A model generated the notes under the pieces. The model saw nothing but the letters and a program-made list of their open reading frames with translations, had not been told where the DNA came from and did not search any database. Both the position numbers and the translations under genes were made by a program. A DNA stretch of 24,000 nucleotides from Elstera cyanobacteriorum (GTDB lineage Bacteria; Pseudomonadota; Alphaproteobacteria; Elsterales; Elsteraceae). Where the stretch lies: the NCBI RefSeq assembly GCF_002251735.1, contig NZ_NOXS01000033.1:74040-98039 (forward strand). Reading direction: 5' to 3'. Shown in pieces: positions 1 to 8,320 of this stretch; the stretch's first letter is position 1; every line of letters starts with the position of its first letter.

Positions 1-1
1 T

Positions 2-232
2 AAGATTGCGCAAAAAGTGGGGGAAGAGGCGGTGGAAACGGTGATCGAAGCCATTCGCGGTAAGCGCAAGCGCCTGGTTTCGGAAAGCGCCGACCTTCTG
101 TATCATCTCACCCTGCTCTGGGCGGCGTCGGATGTAGAGCCTGGCGACGTGTGGCGCGAACTGGCCCGCCGCGAAGGCGTGTCGGGCTATGCCCATCTTG
201 GCCGCGAAAACGAGAGCGACGACGAAGATTGA
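2..232 (+). CDS. hisE: Phosphoribosyl-ATP pyrophosphatase (HisE), C-terminal part; the 5' end lies outside the window
   Basis: The frame is open from the window edge and reads [48 protein letters not shown]. The ADLLYHL helix and the ..L.RR.G ending are typical of HisE/MazG-like proteins. Stop codon at 230-232. Confidence 0.85.
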   Translation, partial: KIAQKVGEEAVETVIEAIRGKRKRLVSESADLLYHLTLLWAASDVEPGDVWRELARREGVSGYAHLGRENESDDED

Positions 233-273
233 CCCCGGGGCGGCCCTGCCCCGGTCCTTGTGGGGAGAGCCGC

Positions 274-636
274 GTGTCCTACGATCCGTCCAATATCTTT
301 GCCAAAATTCTCCGGGGCGAAATTCCGTCAAAGCCGGTTTATGAAAGCGACCATGTTCTGGCGTTTCCAGATATTGCACCGCGCGCCCCGGTGCATGTGC
401 TGATCATCCCGAAAGGCGCCTACGTCAGCGCTCAGGATTTCAGCGAAAAAGCCAGCCCGGCGGAAAAAGCCGCTTTCTTCGATGCCATCGGCGCCATCGC
501 CCAACAGTTCGGGATCGCCGACAGCGGTTACCGTCTGATTGCCAATACCGGCGCCCACGGCCATCAGGAAGTGCCGCATTTTCATTTGCATCTTATCGGC
601 GGGCGGGCGCTTGGCTCCATGCTGCCGAACGACTAG
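274..636 (+). CDS. HIT-family (histidine triad) nucleotide hydrolase/transferase
   Basis: Carries the histidine-triad motif HFHLHLIGG plus NIFAKILRGEIP..VYE.D..LAF.DI.P.APVH.LIIPK. I place the start at GTG 274, preceded by GGGGAGAG (262-269). The ORF-track start at 151 overlaps hisE and gives an Arg/Pro-rich non-protein-like N-terminus. Confidence 0.85.
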   Translation: MSYDPSNIFAKILRGEIPSKPVYESDHVLAFPDIAPRAPVHVLIIPKGAYVSAQDFSEKASPAEKAAFFDAIGAIAQQFGIADSGYRLIANTGAHGHQEVPHFHLHLIGGRALGSMLPND

Positions 637-648
637 AGCAAATCCCAA

Positions 649-666
649 GCGGGTGGCCACACCCGC
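649..666. terminator. Short GC stem-loop between convergent genes (possible bidirectional terminator)
   Basis: GCGGGTG-gcca-CACCCGC forms a 7-bp perfect stem. It lies between the HIT stop (636) and the stop of the minus-strand regulator gene (704). There is no clear U-run on either strand. Confidence 0.3.
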
Positions 667-703
667 GACGAGGCATGTGCCTATAACACAGAAGGTTACA
701 CTA

Positions 704-2047
704 TTAGGCGGCGCCCGCTTCGATCAGATCGAGCGGGTGCAGCACTTCCAGCAACAATTGCCCGCGCCCGCCCTGGGTCAGCCGAATGCCATTATCGCGC
801 TCCTCCAGCCGCCGTTTCAGCAAAATGAGGCGGGTGGCGAGATTATCGGAGAGGTGCGGCAGGCCAAGCTGTGGATCGAGCCGCAATTCCCGACTGGAAA
901 AGCGCGTGCGGCCATTGGCGGCGAATTCGCGCAGCAGCTTCCATAAGATCGCCCCGGCAACCCCTTTGATCAGATAATCATCGTTCAAAAACACCGTCGC
1001 TGTGCCCGAGTAATAGCGCACCCGCAAGGCCGATCCGCTGACAGGGCAGTCGCAGGGCGGGGTTTCCTCCGGAAGGTCCGCGTCGAACTCCGAACAGTCG
1101 CCGTCTTGGAACTGCATCAGCAGCGCACCGAAACTCAGCCCGATGACCGATAGCGCGTCTTCAATCTCATACGTGAAGGCGTGATTGCGCGGGCTTTCTA
1201 CAAACAGAACGCCCTTTAGCGTGCCGCCAATTGCAATCGGAACGGCGAGCTGGCTTTGTGGGTCGATCAGGCCCGGTAAGGGGATTTCGGGGGCAAGGTC
1301 ATAGGCATCGCCCGCCGTGCGGCGGATGGCGCGGGTATAGGCATTTTCGTGCAGCATATGATTGATGCGGATCGGGGCGCTAACCTCGGCGCAAACCCCG
1401 ATGACGCCATCGCCCAGCGCTACCTCCGATCCGACCCCGGAGGTTGCATAGCCATGACTGGCGAGGGTATAGAGCCGCCCACTGCCGCGATCCAGCGCGA
1501 GCACCATACCATGCTCGATTCCCAATTCCCGCGCTAAGGTGGGGAATAAGGCAGAAATCAGGGCGTCCCCGCTGCGGCAGCGGCTCAGGGTGTCCTGAAC
1601 CCGCCGCAAAGCAGGCATTAAGCTGGGCTGCGCCGGTAACGGTCGGGCGGCGCTATTGACCTTTTCGATAGCAATGACGCGGTAAATATCGGCCCCGCGC
1701 AGTTGGAACACCTCCGCCATTCCGTGATGGGAGGCGATTCCGGCCAGCTTGGCGCGCATCCGCTCGAACAAAGGGCCGTGGGTTTCGGTGCGCAGATATT
1801 GCACACTAATTCGATATTTCTCCGAACTGCCCGGATGCAGCACCAGCACCTGGGCATAGGGGTTCTCGAGAATATTCTGCCGAGTTTTATTGAAGAACTG
1901 AAAGCTGAGGGCGAGGTGCGACTCGTCGAGATACAGAATGTCCGAAAGGTAGGAGACATTCACCTCCCCCGAGGCCGAGGTGGTGGCGATGGCGGACGGT
2001 AGAATCCCGTCCAGCGCGTCGCGAAAGGCGCTGAGGTGTAAGCTCAT
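704..2047 (-). CDS. Putative one-component sensor regulator: PNPOx-like split barrel + GAF + C-terminal OmpR/PhoB-like winged-helix region
   Basis: 447-aa ORF whose start overlaps the upstream gene stop (ATGA, 2044-2047).
- aa 1-135 look like a PNPOx-like FMN-binding split barrel (LPSAIATTSASGEVNVSYLS..LALSFQFFNKTRQNILENPYAQVLVL..YRISVQY).
- aa ~145-312 look GAF-like (GMVLALDRGSGRLYTLASHGY..GVIGVCAEVSAPIRINH..LAVPIAIGGTLKGVLFVES).
- An acidic Cys-containing linker follows (DGDCSEFDADLPEETPPCDCP).
- aa ~339-435 fit the Trans_reg_C pattern by eye (AILWKLLREFAANGRTRFSSRELRL..NLATRLILLKRRLEE..IRLTQGGRGQLLL).
Domains were assigned by eye only. Confidence 0.65.
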   Translation of the reverse strand: MSLHLSAFRDALDGILPSAIATTSASGEVNVSYLSDILYLDESHLALSFQFFNKTRQNILENPYAQVLVLHPGSSEKYRISVQYLRTETHGPLFERMRAKLAGIASHHGMAEVFQLRGADIYRVIAIEKVNSAARPLPAQPSLMPALRRVQDTLSRCRSGDALISALFPTLARELGIEHGMVLALDRGSGRLYTLASHGYATSGVGSEVALGDGVIGVCAEVSAPIRINHMLHENAYTRAIRRTAGDAYDLAPEIPLPGLIDPQSQLAVPIAIGGTLKGVLFVESPRNHAFTYEIEDALSVIGLSFGALLMQFQDGDCSEFDADLPEETPPCDCPVSGSALRVRYYSGTATVFLNDDYLIKGVAGAILWKLLREFAANGRTRFSSRELRLDPQLGLPHLSDNLATRLILLKRRLEERDNGIRLTQGGRGQLLLEVLHPLDLIEAGAA

Positions 2048-2529
2048 GCCGCCCCCGCAATCTGCCGTCCGGCCTGCGGTCCCGGGGTTTGATCGAAAAT
2101 CGCCTCGGGCCGGTACCGGAAAACGGTGAGCAGTGCAGGATCGTACCCCAGATAGGCGCGCGACTGTGGTTCGGGATAATCCACCTTCTGAAACTCCACC
2201 ACCATGCGCTCAACCGCCCCCAGCAGCCAGTGCTGTTCCCCGGCATCGGCGTCGCGCAGGCCTAGAAACCGGCCTTTGATCTGATAGGTTTGCAAGCTCG
2301 TCGGGCGGCACATGACGCCCGCGACCGAGGCCCCGAGGGGCGGCACCGGGTCGATCATCGTTCGATCGAGACCATTCAGAAAAATACCAACCTCGTCCCC
2401 GCGCCATTGGCAGGCAATCCCGCGCGTGATGACAGGAATGCCGCCAGGACCGGCAACGGCCAGAACAGCCGTGATCGGTCCTTCCAAGAATCGCGCAAGA
2501 TCAGGACTGGGGTAAACCTGGGCCGCCAT
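2044..2529 (-). CDS. PNPOx-like / flavin-reductase-like split-barrel family protein (161 aa)
   Basis: Sequence pattern FLEGPITAVLAVAGPGGIPVITRGIA..GDEVGIFL......YQIKGRF is typical of pyridoxamine-5'-phosphate-oxidase-related split barrels. An RBS GAGGGA lies 4 nt upstream of the ATG. There is a 12-nt gap to the hemerythrin gene and a 4-nt overlap with the downstream gene. Confidence 0.6.
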   Translation of the reverse strand: MAAQVYPSPDLARFLEGPITAVLAVAGPGGIPVITRGIACQWRGDEVGIFLNGLDRTMIDPVPPLGASVAGVMCRPTSLQTYQIKGRFLGLRDADAGEQHWLLGAVERMVVEFQKVDYPEPQSRAYLGYDPALLTVFRYRPEAIFDQTPGPQAGRQIAGAA

Positions 2530-2541
2530 TATCCCTCGCCG

Positions 2542-3213
2542 CTAGGCTGCTATGTTTTCCCATAGTCTTTTCATCTCGAACTCTGTCAAGCGGGCCGTCA
2601 ATAGGTCGGTCACGGCGGCGACCACCGGCGGCGGTGCAGCGGCCCGCAGCCCGGCGAATTTCTCTGCGCGTTGGGCGGCGGTCAGGTTTGGTAGCATCCA
2701 TTGCAGCACCTGCATCGCTTCCTGCGGGCTTTGGCTGGCGACGATCTGATGTTCGATGGCGGCGATTTCTGCATCGCTTAAATGCGCCCACAGGATCTGC
2801 ATATGGCGCGTTTCCTCGTCGTGCATATGCTCGAAATCGATGGCGAGGAACTGGGCAAATTGAAGATAAAGCGCATAGCCCAGCCCTTCCCGCGCGTCCG
2901 GGCGGGCGAGGCTGAGCGCTTCAGCCGCGGCCTCAAGCTGGCGCAGCGCTTCCGCATGGCGGTCGTGCTCGGCGACGGCGGCGGCCTCGCTGCCCGGCAC
3001 AAGGCGCGCCAGGACCGGATGGATGAAGCGATCTTCGTGCGCAATATGCAGCCAATGGACCGCCAAATGGTCGCGCAGGTCGGTCAAGGTTTTACGGGTG
3101 TTATCCTCGTGCTGCCAATCGGCGCGACCGAGTTTGACCAGAATATCCGTAGACCAAGCCCGTAAAGCCTTGTGAATCGGACCGTATAAATCATAGCGCT
3201 GCGGTGTAGACAT
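2542..3213 (-). CDS. Hemerythrin-like (HHE cation-binding) domain protein with a ~70-aa C-terminal extension
   Basis: His/Glu ligand motifs are spaced as in a hemerythrin four-helix bundle: PIHKALR, WLHIAHEDRFIHP, AEHDRH, FEHMHDEE. RBS GGGGGAAGG lies upstream of ATG 3213. This is the first gene of the three-gene operon. Confidence 0.8.
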   Translation of the reverse strand: MSTPQRYDLYGPIHKALRAWSTDILVKLGRADWQHEDNTRKTLTDLRDHLAVHWLHIAHEDRFIHPVLARLVPGSEAAAVAEHDRHAEALRQLEAAAEALSLARPDAREGLGYALYLQFAQFLAIDFEHMHDEETRHMQILWAHLSDAEIAAIEHQIVASQSPQEAMQVLQWMLPNLTAAQRAEKFAGLRAAAPPPVVAAVTDLLTARLTEFEMKRLWENIAA

Positions 3214-3289
3214 TCGACCTTCCCCCGATAAGGTTAAAAACGAGGGAGGCGTTATACAGATTTTATCGAATCACTATTTTATAATAATT

Positions 3290-3318
3290 TGCTAAGGGAA
3301 TGCTAAATATATGCTAAG
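3290..3318 (-). promoter_or_regulatory. Three phased 7-bp direct repeats TGCTAA(G/A) (7-bp repeat + 4-bp spacer, 11-bp period); candidate transcription-factor binding array
   Basis: TGCTAAG at 3290-3296, TGCTAAA at 3301-3307 and TGCTAAG at 3312-3318, with spacers ggaa and tata. The array lies 77-105 bp upstream of the hemerythrin start codon inside an AT-rich island (3214-3375). That island also contains several -10-like hexamers on the minus strand (TAAAAT twice, TATAAC). Confidence 0.45.
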
Positions 3319-3365
3319 AGACATAAAATAGTGCGCTATATGGACTAAGTATTTCCTAGTCTAAT

Positions 3366-3413
3366 TCTAAAAACAAGACGGGCTTCCTGACGCCCCTGTC
3401 AGAAAGCCCGTCT
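3366..3413 (-). terminator. Rho-independent terminator of the MCP gene
   Basis: The minus strand reads AGACGGGCTTTCTGAC-agggg-c-GTCAGGAAGCCCGTCT (arms at 3376-3391 and 3398-3413, one mismatch) followed by TGTTTTTAG. It sits 26 nt after the MCP stop (3439). Confidence 0.75.
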
Positions 3414-3438
3414 GGGGGATTGGTTTATATCTTGGCCG

Positions 3439-5556
3439 CTAGGCTGTGCCGGTGCGAATTGCCCCCAGGAAGCCGTTAACCTCCCGGTCAAGGTCGCCCG
3501 CTTCGCCCGCCAGCAGCTCCGCCGCGTGCAGCACGCCCTTCGCCGCTTCGCCGGTGGAGGTGGTGGCCCCGCGCACCCGTTCGATGATATGGGCGACGCC
3601 CTGGGTTCCTTGGGCGGCTTGATCGGCACTGCGGGCGATTTCGCCCGTGGCGGCACCCTGTTCTTCCACGGCAGCGGCGATGGTGGCGGCGATGCCGCTG
3701 ATATCGCCGATGATCGTATCGATCTGCGTGATCGCGCCGATGGCGGCCCGGGCGCCCTGGGTGATCGAGCCGATTTGCGAGCCGATTTCTTCTGTCGCTT
3801 TTGCCGTCTGCGCCGCCAAATTCTTCACCTCACCCGCGACCACGGCAAAGCCGCGCCCGGCTTCCCCGGCCCGCGCCGCCTCGATAGTGGCGTTGAGGGC
3901 CAGAAGATTGGTCTGCGACGCGATCCCATCGATCAGGCGCGCAACCTCGCCGATGCGTTCCACCGCTTCAGCCAGCCCGCGCACCGTATCGCCCGCCCGC
4001 CGCGCTTCCGCCACGGCCTGATCGGCGATCGTGTTGGAATGCACAACCTGGCGGGAAATTTCGCTGATCGAAACAGTCAATTGCGCCGATGCCGCTGCCA
4101 CGGCATCAACATTGCCGATGGCCTGCGCGGCCGCTGCCGCAACCTCCGAGGTCTGTGCCGTCGCGCCATCGGCCAGGGTCGCCATCGAGCCGGAGGCATT
4201 GCGCATTTCATCCGCCGCCCGCCGGACGGTAGTTACGATGCGCGCCACGCTTTGTTCGAACTGGCTGGCCATTTCATTGAGGGATTGGCGCCGTTCCTCT
4301 GCCGAACGCTGACGCTCGGCCTCGGCTTCAGCCCGTGTGGTTTCAACTTCCATCGCCGTCTGGCGGAAGACATCGAGTGCCCGCGCCATCGTGCCGATTT
4401 CATCGTCCCCAGAAACGCGCAAGGTTTCATTCAGACGCCCCTGGCGCACGGCTTCCATGCCATCTGACAGCAGGGTCAGACGGCGGGCGATGGTGCGATG
4501 GCCGATCCCCCAGCCGACCGCGAGCGCGATCAACAGGCTGGCCCCCGTCAGGGCCATCTGCATGCCCCCGGCCTGTTCGACCAGTTCCTGCGTGCGAACC
4601 CCCTCTGCATGGGCTTCAGCCTGAACGCTTTGGGCCATCTCGTCGATCTGGGCCGACAGCATCTGCGCCTGGGCGCTGATTTTCTTCAGGGTTTGCAGAA
4701 CATTGGTTTGCGCGGCGATCCGCCGCTCGGCAATGACGAAAACGCCGCTTCCCGTATCGGTCGCCAGTCCTAGCAAGCGTTGCACCGGCCCGACCAGATC
4801 AACGTCCTGCGAATCTTTCGACAGGGTGACGAGGCGGGTTTCGAGATGGCGCAGGATCGTTTGGGTCTGCGTCTTGCTGCGCGTAAGCTGGTCGTTGCTG
4901 GTCGCCTGCGCCGCCTGCCGGGCCAGCAGGGACGCGCGTTCGACATCGAGCAGCACGGCGGAGGCTTCTTCGTAGACTGGGAAATGCAGTTCCGCCATCG
5001 CCTGGAGCATTTCCAGGCCCTTGTCGTAATTATTCGACAGTTCCAACGGCACTTCGGTCAGGGTCAGGGAAAGGCTGAAGCGCGCGCGTTCGGCCAGTGG
5101 CGCTACCCGGTCGTTCAAAATGCGCGAGGTGACGGAGATATTTGCCAGTCGCGCCCGTAAATCTTCTTCGGTATTCAGATAGGCTTCGCGCGCTTTATGA
5201 ACCTGGGTTACCTGTTCATTGAACGCGGTGACCATTTCACTCAGCTTTTCATTGTTCTTAAGCTGGCGGGTTAAGGTCCATAGCTTTTCGATGCGATTAT
5301 CAAGCGACAGCTTGCTCGACTCGAGGTTCGCGAGGTCCGGCGCATCCCCTAGCGTTGGCGCCAGCGCGGCAATGGCATTGGCTTCGGCCTTAAGGTCGCC
5401 CGCAACGGCGACCGCCGGTAGTTTTTCGGTCTGAACGACGGCAAAGGCCGCGCCCATCCGATCATATCCCCACAGGGCGGCCCCGCCGCCAACGGCAGCA
5501 AGGGATGCCAAACCCGCCAAAGCCACGAACAGCTTTGTCTTGATCGTTAGCCGCAT
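3439..5556 (-). CDS. Methyl-accepting chemotaxis protein (TM1, ~300-aa helical periplasmic sensor, TM2, HAMP, MCP signalling domain)
   Basis: Carries the highly conserved signalling hairpin [46 protein letters not shown]-like segment follows TM2 ([26 protein letters not shown]). N-terminal TM helix [35 protein letters not shown] lies upstream of the ATG. Confidence 0.95.
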   Translation of the reverse strand: MRLTIKTKLFVALAGLASLAAVGGGAALWGYDRMGAAFAVVQTEKLPAVAVAGDLKAEANAIAALAPTLGDAPDLANLESSKLSLDNRIEKLWTLTRQLKNNEKLSEMVTAFNEQVTQVHKAREAYLNTEEDLRARLANISVTSRILNDRVAPLAERARFSLSLTLTEVPLELSNNYDKGLEMLQAMAELHFPVYEEASAVLLDVERASLLARQAAQATSNDQLTRSKTQTQTILRHLETRLVTLSKDSQDVDLVGPVQRLLGLATDTGSGVFVIAERRIAAQTNVLQTLKKISAQAQMLSAQIDEMAQSVQAEAHAEGVRTQELVEQAGGMQMALTGASLLIALAVGWGIGHRTIARRLTLLSDGMEAVRQGRLNETLRVSGDDEIGTMARALDVFRQTAMEVETTRAEAEAERQRSAEERRQSLNEMASQFEQSVARIVTTVRRAADEMRNASGSMATLADGATAQTSEVAAAAAQAIGNVDAVAAASAQLTVSISEISRQVVHSNTIADQAVAEARRAGDTVRGLAEAVERIGEVARLIDGIASQTNLLALNATIEAARAGEAGRGFAVVAGEVKNLAAQTAKATEEIGSQIGSITQGARAAIGAITQIDTIIGDISGIAATIAAAVEEQGAATGEIARSADQAAQGTQGVAHIIERVRGATTSTGEAAKGVLHAAELLAGEAGDLDREVNGFLGAIRTGTA

Positions 5557-5646
5557 TTCATTCCTCCCCCTGAAGCTGGTCGTTATGCGACCTTTTGACG
5601 CTTCATTACGACGATGCTACACCCGGGCGGAAGGAAGACAAAAGTA

Positions 5647-6534
5647 TTATCCGCCGAAAAGAGTCGATTTAACCCCGTGAATTGACGCAAACGTAAGATT
5701 ATTTTGTTGCTTAACTCCGGTAAGTGCCCAAAGTTGCCCGCCTTTTCCGGCTCCATCTTGCGCCGAGGTGATAAATAAAACGTCAAGATTGTTTCCCCCA
5801 AAACAACAAGAGGTCGGGCGATTGACCGGTAAGGCGATCACCCGCTCGCGGCTACCGTCCGGCCGGTAGCGGGTGATCCGCGCGCCGTCCCAATGGCAGG
5901 ACCAGATATGATCATCAGCATCGAGGCACAGCCCATCCGGGAACCCTTCGTCCGGCGCCAATTGGGCAAAAACGCGCTTTTCCCCCGCCGTTCCGGTTTC
6001 GGGGTCGTAGGGGGCGGTATAGATGCACCGATTGGCGCTATCGGTCAGATAGAGGGTGCGCCCGTCGCCCGACCAGCCGATCCCATTGGTCACGGTGAAA
6101 TTCACCGGATAGGGCCTTACCTCCGGCCTGCTGCCCGTCAAGCAGTAGAAATGCCCGGTCGGGGCGTTTTCGGCATCGTCCATGCTGCCGATCCAGAGGC
6201 GCCCCGCCGCATCGACCTTACCGTCGTTCAGCCGGTTGCCCGGCATCTCCGGCTCCAGCACGGCGAAGGGCGTTAGCGTTCCCGTCTCCGGCACGAACCG
6301 GTAGACGCCCGATTTCAGCCCGACCAGCCAATCGCCCCGCTTGGTCGGCACCGCCGCGCCAACCGGTTCCGGCAGAGGGAAGCGGGTATGCGCCCCGTCC
6401 TTTCGGCCACCGTTGAGCCGGTGTAGGGCGGGGTTCTTGATATCCACCCACCAGATCGCCCCGTCATGCCAAACCGGGCCTTCGCCCAAGCGGCAGGAAA
6501 AATCGGTCAGTTGCGTCAAAACCGGTTCGGACAT
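5647..6534 (-). CDS. SMP-30/gluconolactonase/LRE-family lactonase (probable sugar-acid lactonase)
   Basis: Motifs CRLGEGPVWHDG..WWVDI, NRLNDGKVDAAGRLWIGSM, TNGIGWSGDGRTLYLTDS, PDGLCLDADDHIW and NRPTSCCFGG match six-bladed propeller lactonases of the regucalcin family. It is the last gene of the sugar-acid operon. Confidence 0.85.
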   Translation of the reverse strand: MSEPVLTQLTDFSCRLGEGPVWHDGAIWWVDIKNPALHRLNGGRKDGAHTRFPLPEPVGAAVPTKRGDWLVGLKSGVYRFVPETGTLTPFAVLEPEMPGNRLNDGKVDAAGRLWIGSMDDAENAPTGHFYCLTGSRPEVRPYPVNFTVTNGIGWSGDGRTLYLTDSANRCIYTAPYDPETGTAGEKRVFAQLAPDEGFPDGLCLDADDHIWSCHWDGARITRYRPDGSRERVIALPVNRPTSCCFGGNNLDVLFITSAQDGAGKGGQLWALTGVKQQNNLTFASIHGVKSTLFGG

Positions 6535-6545
6535 CGGGCACTCGC

Positions 6546-8318
6546 TTAGTGGGAGTGGCGCAGGCCGCCCTTGGCGGCGACGCGGTGGAAGGCGGTCGCG
6601 GCTTCAAGGCAACCGCCGGTCTGAAGCTGGCCGACCGTCTGGCGATAGAGTTGCTGCCACGGCGTTTGATCGGCGGGGATGCTTGGCTGCGGCAGTTCGG
6701 ACGCTTTGCGTGCCTCCCATTCGCCTGCGGGCAGCAGCACATCGACCCGGCGGGTCTTGAGATCGACGCGGACTGTATCCCCCGTCTTCAGCCACGCAAG
6801 GCCGCCACCCGCCGCCGCTTCCGGCGAGACATTCAGGATCGATGGGCTGCCGGAGGTGCCGGATTGCCGCCCGTCCCCCATCGTCGGCAGGGCGAGAATG
6901 CCACGCTGGATCAGCGCATCGGGCGGCTGCATGTTCACGACTTCCGCCGAGCCGGGATAGCCAATCGGGCCGCAGCCGCGAATGACCAGGATGCAGTTTT
7001 CGTCAATATTCAGCGCCGGATCGTTCAGCCGATGGTGATAATCCTCCGGCCCGTCGAAGACGATGGCGCGCGCCTCGAAGGCGTCGGGATCGTTCGGGTT
7101 CGACAGGTAGCGCGCGCGGAAATCGGCGTCGATCACGCTGGTTTTCAGCAGGGCGCTGTCAAAAAGATTGCCGCTGAGCACGAGGAAACCTGCCGAAGGT
7201 TTTAGCGGGGCCGCATAGGCGCGGATCACCTCGCGGTTCGGTTCCGGAACCTTTTCCAGAATCGGGCCGATGGGCTTGCCGGTGACGGTGATCGCATCGC
7301 CGTCTAGTTTCCCGGCCTTCAGCAGTTCGGCCATGACGGCGGGCACTGCCCCGGCGCGGTGGAAGCTTTCGCCCAGGAAGCGGCCCGCCGGCTGGCAATC
7401 GACCAGCAAGGGAATGTCGTGCCCATGGGTCTGCCAATCCTCCAGCGTCAGATCGACCCCGGCATGGCGGGCGATGGCGATCAGATGCGGCGGGCAATTG
7501 GTCGAGGCGCCGATGGCGGAGGCGGTGCGAATGGCGTTCAGGAAGGCCGGGCGCGTCATCACTTTGCGCGGCGTCAGGTCTTCCGCCACCATCGCCACAA
7601 TCCGCCGCCCGGTTTCATAGGCCATATGGCCGCGTTCGGCATAGGGGGCGGGGATCGAGCCGCAATAGGGCAGGGACATGCCCAAGGCCTCGGCGACCGA
7701 ATTCATCGATAGGGCGGTGCCCATCGTATTGCAATGGCCGACCGAGGGGGCCGAGGCGGCGGCGGCCTGCATAAACTGTTCGTAGTCGATTTCCCCGGCG
7801 GCGAGGCGCTTGCGCGAGTCCCAGATAATCGTGCCAGACCCGGCAAGGCGGCCCTGCCAATGCCCATCCAGCATCGGCCCGCCCGAGAGCACGATGGCAG
7901 GAATATCGACCGTACCCGCCGCCATTAGGCAGGCGGGGGTGGTTTTATCGCAGCCGGTGGTCAGCACCACGCCGTCGAGCGGGTAGCCGTGTAGCACTTC
8001 GACAAGGCCGAGATAGGCGAGGTTGCGGTCAATCGCCGCCGTCGGGCGCCGCCCGGTTTCCTGGATTGGATGGACGGGAAACTCGATGGGAATGCCGCCC
8101 GCGTCGCGGATGCCGTCGCGCACGCGCTTGGCGAGATCGAGGTGGTGGCGGTTGCACGGCGATAGGTCCGACCCGGTTTGCGCGATCCCGATGATCGGCT
8201 TACCGGACTGCAACTCGTCGCGCGTGATGCCGTAATTCAGGTAGCGTTCCAGATAGAGCGCGGTCATATCGGGGTTTTCGGGATTATCGAACCATTCCCG
8301 GCTGCGGAGCTTTTTCAT
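6546..8318 (-). CDS. IlvD/Edd-family sugar-acid dehydratase (XylD / L-arabinonate-dehydratase-like; by context a galactonate-type dehydratase)
   Basis: 590 aa. The sequence REWFDNPENPDMTALYLERYLNYGIT..GKPIIGIAQTGSDLSPCNRHHL..TTGCDKTTPACLMAA..GHCNTMGTA..PTMGDGRQSGT..RHSH is near-collinear with my recollection of Caulobacter XylD and other pentonate/hexonate dehydratases of this family. Confidence 0.9.
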   Translation of the reverse strand: MKKLRSREWFDNPENPDMTALYLERYLNYGITRDELQSGKPIIGIAQTGSDLSPCNRHHLDLAKRVRDGIRDAGGIPIEFPVHPIQETGRRPTAAIDRNLAYLGLVEVLHGYPLDGVVLTTGCDKTTPACLMAAGTVDIPAIVLSGGPMLDGHWQGRLAGSGTIIWDSRKRLAAGEIDYEQFMQAAAASAPSVGHCNTMGTALSMNSVAEALGMSLPYCGSIPAPYAERGHMAYETGRRIVAMVAEDLTPRKVMTRPAFLNAIRTASAIGASTNCPPHLIAIARHAGVDLTLEDWQTHGHDIPLLVDCQPAGRFLGESFHRAGAVPAVMAELLKAGKLDGDAITVTGKPIGPILEKVPEPNREVIRAYAAPLKPSAGFLVLSGNLFDSALLKTSVIDADFRARYLSNPNDPDAFEARAIVFDGPEDYHHRLNDPALNIDENCILVIRGCGPIGYPGSAEVVNMQPPDALIQRGILALPTMGDGRQSGTSGSPSILNVSPEAAAGGGLAWLKTGDTVRVDLKTRRVDVLLPAGEWEARKASELPQPSIPADQTPWQQLYRQTVGQLQTGGCLEAATAFHRVAAKGGLRHSH

Positions 8319-8320
8319 TC

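Noticed and set aside
151-273. N-terminal extension of the HIT ORF (ORF-track start at 151)
   Set aside because: The extension overlaps the hisE 3' end out of frame and codes for an Arg/Pro-rich peptide. The internal GTG at 274 has a Shine-Dalgarno sequence, and HIT-family homology begins there.
3214-3438. AT-rich 225-bp island considered as a small gene, sRNA or mobile-element remnant
   Set aside because: It has no ORF with a start and RBS, and no terminal inverted repeats or target duplications. The content is better explained as the MCP terminator plus the promoter/operator region of the hemerythrin operon.
5583-5801. Lower-GC 3' tail of the lactonase gene, the overlapping 72-aa ORF, and a possible frameshift or pseudogene
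   Set aside because: The lactonase frame is intact through all conserved propeller motifs to a normal stop. The C-terminal ~20 aa are atypical, but no frame disruption is visible. The overlapping 72-aa ORF has no RBS or motif support.
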